Below are positions 55,661-64,000 of a stretch of 64,000 bases of DNA, piece by piece. The DNA is from Yuukianura sp. NJ FZ-2021 (Eukaryota). Position 1 is the first letter of the stretch, and every line of letters starts with the position of its first letter. Location of the stretch: positions 372,001 to 436,000 of the forward strand of contig CM102283.1 of assembly GCA_046563655.1 (NCBI GenBank), in the 5' to 3' direction. The translations under genes were made by a program, and so were the position numbers. The notes below the pieces were generated by a model. The model did no database searches and was not told where the DNA came from. It saw nothing but the letters and a program-made list of their open reading frames with translations.

Positions 55661-56612
55661 GAGCCTCAATAACTCAGAAACTACTGGACCAATTTCATCC
55701 GGGTTTTCATCGATTGATATGTCATGGTGTATACCTGTTCAATTTTATCATATCATCCGGATAGGTGACCTTTTACCGGGTCAAAGGTCAAGGTCATTGA
55801 CCTTTTGAATATAAAACCGGGAAAATGACCCTAACAAAACCATGGGTCTCTGACTCCTCCAAGGGGGTCAAAACCGGGATCAAAGGTCAACATATTAACA
55901 TGCAGTGTAAATGGGCAAAGCTGGCCTGCTACCTTGCCCATTCACATTAAAGGCAGGTATCCTTGGGGGGGGGAAGTGGGGACAACCTCCCCCACTCCCC
56001 AGGGGGGGAGGGCGGAAAAGTGGGAGGAACCTCCCCCTACTCCCCCGGGAGGGCGGAAAGTGGGGGGGAGCCTCCCCCACTCCCCCGGGTGGGGGGGGGG
56101 GCGAAAAGTGGGGGGAACCTCCCCCTACTCCCCCGGGGGGGCGGAAAGTGGGGGGGAGCCTCCCCCACTCCCCCGGGTGGGGGGGGCGGAAAGTGGGGGG
56201 AACCTCCCCCTACTCCCCCGGGGGGGGGGCGGAAAGTGGGGGGAAACCCCCCCACTCCCCCGGGGGGGCGGCGGAAAAGTGGGGGGAACCCACCCCCGTG
56301 CTCCCTGGGGTGCGGAGCGAAAAAGTGCGGGTACACCCCCATTCCTTCCGGAGGAACGGGAAAATAGCGGAACACACCCCGCGCTCCCTGGGGTGCGGAG
56401 CGAAAAGGTGGGGGAACACCCCCACTTCCCCGGGGGGGGGCCTAAAAGTGGGGGAACCCACCCCAACTGTGTGGAAAATGGTGGGGAATCTAGAGGAAAC
56501 GAGGAAGAATACGGGGAAAAGAGTGAGTACCCACCCCCTACATGCCCCACCTGGGGGAAAACCATCTATTGGCTTGAGCTATTTCGTTATGCGCGGTTTA
56601 CAACCGGTTTAT
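55593..56612 (+). mobile_element. Helentron-associated non-autonomous element (HINE/DINE-1-like)
   Basis: 5' hairpin ttattaaatagc-gaaa-gctatttaataa, (GTCT)7 microsatellite, aactactggacc core, 3' subterminal gctattt, short hairpin cggtt-tac-aaccg, then a T-rich flank. Confidence 0.75.
55965..56560. repeat. GC-rich minisatellite, about 38-41-bp unit, with G-runs and C-runs
   Basis: Repeats of ggcggaaagtggggggaacctccccctactccccgggggg, degenerating towards the 3' end. Confidence 0.9.
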
Positions 56613-56892
56613 TTTTTATTCTTGACGTTATTGCTTGGACGCTGAAAATTTTTTTGAGGTTTCATGATGAAACATTCCGCATGTAACGTCAGCAACCATG
56701 ATGTCCAAAACGTCGAACATAACAATAATATGTCCATAATTTTTCATAACAATAACGACGCAGTCCACGCAAGTCGATAATGACCACAAAAGCATAAGAA
56801 ATAACGTCCATGACGTCCACACGTATAACGTCCGCAATGTTAAAAATTTTGGCATGAGGAAGGCTAAAGTTGGCAATTTGTGAAATAGGATT

Positions 56893-57298
56893 CAGTGATG
56901 TACTGTCTTCCGGAAGATTCTTCCATGGAAGACGTCTTCCGGCTTCATTCTTCCGACTTCCGGAAGATTTGAAGACGGAAGACTGGAAGACGAAAAATTC
57001 TCTGGAAGACGGAAGCCGGAAGACTGGAAGACTAAAAATTCTCTGGAAGACGGAAGCCGGAAGACCGGAAGACGAAAGATTCTCTGGAAGACGGAAGCCG
57101 GAAGACCGGAAGACTGAAAATTCTTTGGAAGACGGAAGACGGAAGATCGGAAGACGAAAAATTCTCTGGAAGACGGAAGATGGAAGATCGGAAGACGAAC
57201 CAATCTCTGGAAGACGGAAGACGGAAGACTGGAAGACGAATCAGCTGTTTCTCTTCGGAAGACGTGAAGACTGGAAGACGGAAGACAGTACGAGACTG
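56893..57298. mobile_element. hAT-type MITE filled with GGAAGAC heptamer repeats
   Basis: TIR cagt(gat/ctc)gtactgtcttcc, 8-bp TSD ataggatt (56885-56892 and 57299-57306). Confidence 0.88.
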
Positions 57299-57990
57299 AT
57301 AGGATTTTGGTTTTACGAAGAATGAATCTGTGTAATTAGTTTTTTCCTTGCTTTGTACAAAAATTAACCAAGAGTTGATTACACATCTTAACACTGAGCA
57401 ACCATCCTGACATGACGCTTCCAAATCATTGTTCCCCAATTCCATGTACTTCGACAAAATAAATTTTACAATCATTTCATTTTACTCATTTTTCAATTCC
57501 AGTTTTCAATCATTTCATTTTCCAATTTAACTTTTCCATCATTTTAAATTTCTGACTCACATTTTGTAACATTGGATTCAACATATGCAACAGCAGATGG
57601 ACCGTGTCAAGTTTCAGTTATTTTCCTTTTGCTTTTTATATTTTTCATTCCATTGGAGTTTTCATAAACATCCGCCTGAAATACACATTTATGATGTGCG
57701 AATGCGCAGAGCATACGGAAGGTTTTTGGGAGTCTAAACGGAAACGATTTTGCAAACTGTGAAAAAAGCTTATTTTTGCAATTTGGGTTGACTTATTTTA
57801 GAGCCGCGTTCTCCTGTTAGACTATTTTTTGTCTCTATTTTTGTAAACTGGAGTCTAAAAATGTTAAGCAGTTCCAGTTCGCATGATCCACTTGATGAGT
57901 GTGATGATGCAATATGTATGTCAGTGCCACATGACCTTTGACCTAAGTGGTCATAACTCCTGCACATTTTTAATTCCGTTGTCCCATCCA

Positions 57991-58077
57991 TCTAATTTAC
58001 ATAAATTGCGATCTTAAAATTGTCAGTGTCTGTGCAAGACACTGACAATTTTAAGATCGCAATTTATGTAAATTAGA
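57991..58077. repeat. Perfect inverted repeat, 41-bp arms and 5-nt loop
   Basis: tctaatttacataaattgcgatcttaaaattgtcagtgtct-gtgca-agacactgacaattttaagatcgcaatttatgtaaattaga. Confidence 0.92.
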
Positions 58078-59354
58078 CAGTATGTTGCAAGAGGACATTA
58101 ACGTCTTCCACAAAATGTCTCAAAAGAGACGTTTTTGCGTAGGTTCGACTTTCCGCCTGATCTTAGAAAAGAGGAAAAGACGTTTTAAAAAATTTTCCGT
58201 TTGATAAAAGTTGCATTTTAAAAGTGTTTGCGTCAATTGGTTCTTGATAATTTTCTGCTTTTGTCATCTTCTCAAGACCCGCTGTCCACTTCATTCATTT
58301 GTGGGCTCAGACTGCATGCTTTTAGTTGGAGCATGTACCTTTTCGGGGGAATGCGCATGCGCATGTACCTTGCTATGGATCTGTCATGTCATGGGGCTCA
58401 AAGTGCACTTGAAGTTTCTTGAATTGCAAGAATTGGGATTGCCCTCAATGAATTTCGAGTTGAGATTACCTCACCCGTCAATTTACACAGAAGGATTTTG
58501 ACATCACCCAACAGCACACTTCCGTTTCCGCCATCCCACAACTCCAAGCACATTCTTATTTGCTCAAGTTCTGTCATTTTTTGAAAAAAAAGTTGTATTT
58601 TCAGAAAACTAGTTTTTGTGCTTATGTAATTTTGATATTTTAAAAAACAAAGTTGAGTTAAACGTTTCTGAGCAAAGGTTGAGCTTGTTTGGGAAAAGTT
58701 GAGTTTGAAGGATGAAGTGTCATTCCCCCGTAGTGGGTAGTTGCATTGTTGCACATTGTTATGCTAGTGAGGTTGTACATGTACAAAAAACATCGTTCAT
58801 GAAGTACATTTTGTTGCTAAAGGTAAATGGCTCCGTAGCTTAGGTTACATCCTCACACTCCCAAAATATTCCAAACACATCTTTTTATCATAAAACGTGA
58901 CAAGAGACACTTGCTCATCCTCATCTCCACTCACTTTCAATTCAATTCCAACGCACTATAGGAAAAACAACTCCAATTTATGGCGCATAAACAACTAGAC
59001 AAAAAAATCGGGGTCAAAGTTGCGCAATTTAATTAACACAATTTTTTTTTAAACTTTTTTTTTCAATTTGAATTTGTTTTAGCTTATTTTAATTTTGGTA
59101 ACTTCACTTAAAATGGCATTTGAATCGGGATATTGAATCGGTAGATTCCGTTGACTTGGAAAGTTTAAAAGTCTTCCTGAATAAATAGCTTTTCCTGTTT
59201 AATTTGTTTGTGAGTAGCCTAAAGTAATGGATTAAATACAAGGAATTGAAGAGGAAGGTTTGTGTGAGTGTGAAAATCTGCGAGGTCATCAGACGGCTTG
59301 TTTGTACATGCGAAAGTTCTGTTGCGCATGCGTTACATCCACGCACTCACTCAC

Positions 59355-59457
59355 CTGGAACGGATTCATTGATAAAAATTAGCAACAACAAAGAACAGTA
59401 AACCCAAAAAACAGCAAACACTTCATGGTTTTCAATAATTGTCATTCTGTCCGTCAT
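59355..59457 (-). CDS. Candidate first coding exon (signal peptide) of the Eph gene
   Basis: MTDRMTIIENHEVFAVFWVYCSLLLLIFINESVP ends at a strong donor CAG|GTGAGT in phase 1, compatible with the exon at 43864. No homology evidence. Confidence 0.5.
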
Positions 59458-62400
59458 TCCTTTTTCGAAATTTTATTTATTAAGTTTTTATTAGTGCCAA
59501 TAATTTTTGCTAATTTTCGAAATTTGTGAAACCAAAGGTTAGTGCATGTGCGATTTCACAGTTTGCACAGTCCACTTTAAGCCAGAGCATAAATAACGCC
59601 ACTCCTTAACTTTTTGGTTGAGTGAAAGTACTTGGACTGCGACTTTTAACAATTTTTCAATTTTTGCCTCCCGGGGCTGTTTAATTTTTTGAAATTTCCC
59701 AAAATGAAATTTAGATGTAATGAAAAATGAAATATCGCTTCCTTGGTTAACTGCAAAGAACAAAGGTTGAAATTGGAGCTTAAGGGGAACGTAATTTAAG
59801 TGTAGTATTTAAAAATGGAAACTATGAAAAAGAGAAAATGTGCAAATCAATTGGAGTTTTGTGAGTCAGAGGATTGGGTGGCATAAAATGCATCTCCAAT
59901 TGCAAATGTGGTACTTAATTCATCGATTGTCGAACCTTCCCACACTTTTTAAAGCAAATGCATGAGGATCAAAGTGCCTCGTCATCTCCATTCTCCACCC
60001 TTGAGCACTTTCCATTTTATTTGCAATCCGACCTCTCTCTCCATGGATTTCGCACGTAGTTTCAATTTTTTTTTGTTATAAAGTTCCTACCTCTCCACCC
60101 ACTACAGTTCCCACCGCATTTTTGAATTAATTCCACATGTGCATGGGGTCATTGACCTTTGAACTTCCGCATTTCACATGGTCTCCAGAGAACGCATGTC
60201 AATTAGCACACACACAGTCTCCACGCCTGTCAAATTAACCAATTTCTGGGCTCTCATGCTGTCTTTCCTTCCTGCAGCCATGAAACGTCAACCACTTTAC
60301 TCGTATGCACAGGACAAAAAATCAGCAGACTGAAAAGATTGATGCTTTTTTTTTTAATTTTGCCGCCCAATTTTGACAGTAACCGATTTTGCATATACAC
60401 GCAATTTTTAAATTTTTAGATGAAAATTCCTGTTGCTTTTCAAGCCAGTTTGACAATGAATCATCATTCGGTATTATGCATAATAGCATATTGCCCGAAT
60501 GGAAATTATTACAGTTCAAAATTTCGATTTGTTCAAATCAGCGTCTCTTGCATTTGCCAAAGTCAAACTTTAAATTTTCCCACGTCTCAGCTCTTAATCA
60601 AACTGAACTGCTGTGCTAGACTGTGTGGCGTGACATAGCGGAATTCTAATGTGGTGCATAAATTCGACCGAATTTGCAAATTTAAAAAAAAAATTTAGCA
60701 GGGTTGCCTAATCTCGTCGGATTTGAAATTCCAAAAGGTCACCGTCGAGGTCACGCTCACTGGCTCACTTTAAGCAAGATCTGAATTTTCTTTGTTCTTG
60801 ACCCTAAGACTATGCCGAGACGCAGTTGACGGCCATTCACTTCTTTTATTTGAAGTGGTTGATGTCAAACCGCGCTTTTTTTGGAAAAGTGACAAAAAGT
60901 AAGAGTGATTGTGCAACCGAATATGGCCTTGTTTCTGTTGACTGTTCTCAGCCGACTGTGAAACTGTTTGCGCGTGCGCCTACGAAGGAATTGAAAGGAC
61001 GTCGAGTGTGAGTAGTTTTAAGGAGGTGGTTGCTTAATGTGCAATTACGGTGCTCGTCCCTTGAAAAGGTGTCACTTGACCACGGTCGTTGCGGTCACTT
61101 GTCAAGGGTCCTCCACGTACCCTATGTCACGTTAGTTTTTAGTTGGCTACTTAAACCTAACGTATATCACGGACCTCATTAGTATTTTGAAAAGCCAATT
61201 CTGAAAATTGGCATTCAATTCCCATCTGAAATAATTGCACAAGAGATGCACCTCTTGCAGTTCAACTCGAATTCAGTTTCAGCAACATTTTTCTTCAGCA
61301 ACACTTTTCGTCAGCAACATTTTTCGTCAGCAACATTTTTTTTTTGTCAATGATAAATTACGTATTACGTTTAGCTTGCAATTTACAAACATTGCTTAAT
61401 TTTCGGATTTTTGGAAATTCATTTAAAAAATTTCAACAGTTTTTGTATTCTGCTCTTTGAACTTTTGGTGTTAATTGGGTCCGTTATGCGGAAAATGTGG
61501 GTTGTTTTGGCTTGTCGTAACACAAGAGATGCAATTAATTTCCGTTTCCTTCTTGACACAGGACGAAACATGTCCATTTTCCCGCTTCCTCTTGCGTCTA
61601 TTTACCTTAACGCAACGGTAAAACCAAGCTAACAAAAATTTCAAACTTTTGGAATTTTTGGAAACCGGAAAATCATAACCCCAACACTCAAATTATACCA
61701 ATTTCAAACTCTTTTGAGAAACATATGCACAATTATATTTTTAAAGTTGGAAGTGCCTCTTCCATGTTTTTGTTGTTTGTTGCTCAATGACTTGAAGAAA
61801 TATAAAGACATCGGCCATCAAGATATGAGCGGAAACTCATGCAAGCACTTTTTCATCACACAGGACGAAATTTTGAAATTTCCCGGGCGATCCGACAACA
61901 CTTTTCTCCCACACTCACCCAGCGCAACTTCCGTCCGACATGAAATCCGCCTCCAAGCTATTCTAATCCAAGTTCTCAGCATGACCCACCCGCCAATTAA
62001 GCTTTAGTTTCAAAATTTCGAAAATTAAGCAGAACTCTTTCATAATTTTGAAAATTATTCTGATTTATGTTACACTTTCATAATCATAATTCTTGTTTGG
62101 GATGAAACAATTGGACTAAATGAGCGATTGAGGTTGAGGCGTGTCAATGTCGATTTGTGCGCATGTCCTTCTGTCTTCAATTAATCTTCCTAATCTCCCT
62201 CCCAAGAGTATCCGCCTCTTCCAATAATTGAAAAAGTAAATTGGTTGTGCAGGTCAAACTTTAGTTTTCTTGGCTCCACATTTCCTTCCTTTGAATAACA
62301 AAAGTAACAATAGAAATGTCCAAGGACAAACACATCGCATGATCTCCATCACTGATGCAACAAAACAGGCCAAATCTCTAACAAAACCTAAGTTTAACAA

Positions 62401-62479
62401 AAGTTTTTTCATTCAAAGTTTACAAAACCTTTAGGTTTTGTTTATGTTAGCGCAAATTCTGTTTTGGAGATTTTGGCAA

Positions 62480-62645
62480 CTGGCAATTTCGAAAAGACAA
62501 CAATTATGAAAATAAAACTGGTAATTTCGAAACGACAACACTTTTGAAAATAAAAGTTGCAATTTCGAAAAGACAACACTTTTGAAAATAAAAGTTGCAA
62601 TGTTTAAAAGCAAACTGGCAATTTTGAAATTAAATTTGCAATTTT
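62480..62645. repeat. About 39-bp tandem repeat, about 4 degenerate copies
   Basis: gcaatttcgaaaagacaacacttttgaaaataaaagtt units. Confidence 0.7.
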
Positions 62646-63279
62646 GAGCATACAGACAGATCGGGGCGGGAGAGGAATTAAAATTGGCAAAACTTGGAGA
62701 ATTTTTGTGTCGTAAAAATGAGAGTTTTCGGAAGATATACGATGAGCATGGCGGTAAAATTTTGCATTCGGAGGAAGATTTTATGGCTCAAAATATTAAT
62801 TTTTTGTGTGAACGTTCGTAAAAGGCTTTTTGGAAAAGTGGTTTCGTTTTTTTTGGTTTGTCGGCAAGTGGAAAAGTCTGCACCAGCAGATGGAAGTCGT
62901 CTCGGTTTGATGCCTTTTTCTGAATCATCTTCCAGATTCAAACATTCAAATTCCAATTCCTCTGTTGCCAAAAACTGTTATGGCTTTTTTTTGCTTTTGT
63001 AGAAAAAAAAATGTTACAAAAAATGTTTTTGGTGGTTATTCAACCCCTCCGTCCGTTGAAATTTCCACGAAATGACTAATTCTTTAGCCTTTTGCTAAAC
63101 TGTCTATATGTCTTCAACCAAATACCTAAGCAGATTATTTTCCAAAAAAAAAGGAGTCCAGTTTCAGCCTAAAAATTTTTGTTTTTAGAATAGAAAAATA
63201 AAACTGCTGGAAAAAAAACTACTTTTTGGACATGTTTTTGAAAAAAGTGACACCATTTTTGTTTGGTTTCTGTTTAGAT

Positions 63280-63894
63280 ATGAGTATCTCGAGCGGAAGC
63301 GACGTGACGATTCCCATCCAGGACTCCCCACCACCTCCCCCATCGCCCTACGCAAACGCAAAAGACCACTTTGACGCTGAAGCTGGAGCGTCACGAGGAC
63401 ATGGCATTGACAATAAAAGTTTCAGCGATGGCCCATCGTCACTCAACGAATTAAACGGGAACAAGAAGTCAATGAAGAATCAAACTGAGATTCCAATGGA
63501 CCACTACGCAGAATCAGGAAGCGACTGCTCTCCGAAGGTCACCGAGGCAGTGAACACAGAGTTGGTTCACGGGGTCAATGTCCTGGACACGATTCCACAC
63601 AAACCCCAGTCAGAATTTGGTCCATATGAAAAGTTTCCAGAGTACTTCATCTCCGTCAACCAGCACAAAAAGTTTTTTGCGTACGTTTCAAAATTCATTC
63701 CAAAAACTAAAATTTCAAAAACTGATTCCAAGTCAAAATTTTGAATTTACTGGTACTTTTGGACAGGCGCGGAGAGAAGCTGTCAGTGACTAAGGACAAG
63801 CGACGGAATTCCCGGAATTGCAAAAAGTATTTGTGCTGGGGTCTTGGCGGGCTTTTGGTTGCAGCGCTCATTACAGTGGCTGTGCTAGCAGCAG
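63280..63894 (+). CDS. 5' coding exons (63280-63680, 63767-63894) of a type II single-pass membrane protein; continues beyond the window
   Basis: ATG just after a ttag acceptor; intron 63681-63766 joins EYFISVNQHKKFFA|RGEKLSVTKDKR; basic stretch then TM segment YLCWGLGGLLVAALITVAVLAA ending at CAG|GTCAGT. Confidence 0.75.
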
Positions 63895-64000
63895 GTCAGT
63901 GTTCAACCAACGTAGTTTGTTGCGTAAACAATTTTGGACTTGCGCAGTTTGTTGTATTTAATACTACAAAGCTTTAAAGTTTTGAAGTGTTATGAGGTGT

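Noticed and set aside
55895-56686. Gly/Pro-rich ORFs in several frames
   Set aside because: Artefacts of the stop-free GC-rich minisatellite.
56870-57475. Repetitive ORFs (RKTED / RLPVF)
   Set aside because: Translations of GGAAGAC repeats inside a hAT MITE.

Overview
Eukaryotic (arthropod-like) genomic DNA dominated by nested transposable elements. Most of the window appears to lie inside two very large introns of a minus-strand Eph receptor gene (ligand-binding-domain exon 43785-43864, candidate signal-peptide exon 59355-59457). Left part (1-43 kb): LINE fragments, a Mutator derivative, three BEL/Pao LTR retrotransposons (two with intact ORFs), and an IS630-Tc1-like element holding a BEL and an unusual pol-less LTR element with a -1 frameshift signal. 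It also holds TE-interrupted fragments of a SAC3/GANP-domain gene and a probable FASTK-family gene, plus many MITEs. At about 46.9-54.6 kb is a decayed Polinton/Maverick (adintovirus-like) element encoding a core-like protein, major capsid, cysteine protease, integrase, minor capsid, an intron-containing packaging ATPase, a three-exon BIR+RING inhibitor-of-apoptosis gene and the C-terminus of a protein-primed PolB. A Helentron-type non-autonomous element with a G-rich minisatellite follows, and the first coding exons of a type II membrane protein gene end the window. All calls were made by eye from motifs, termini and target-site duplications (TSDs); no database searches were run.
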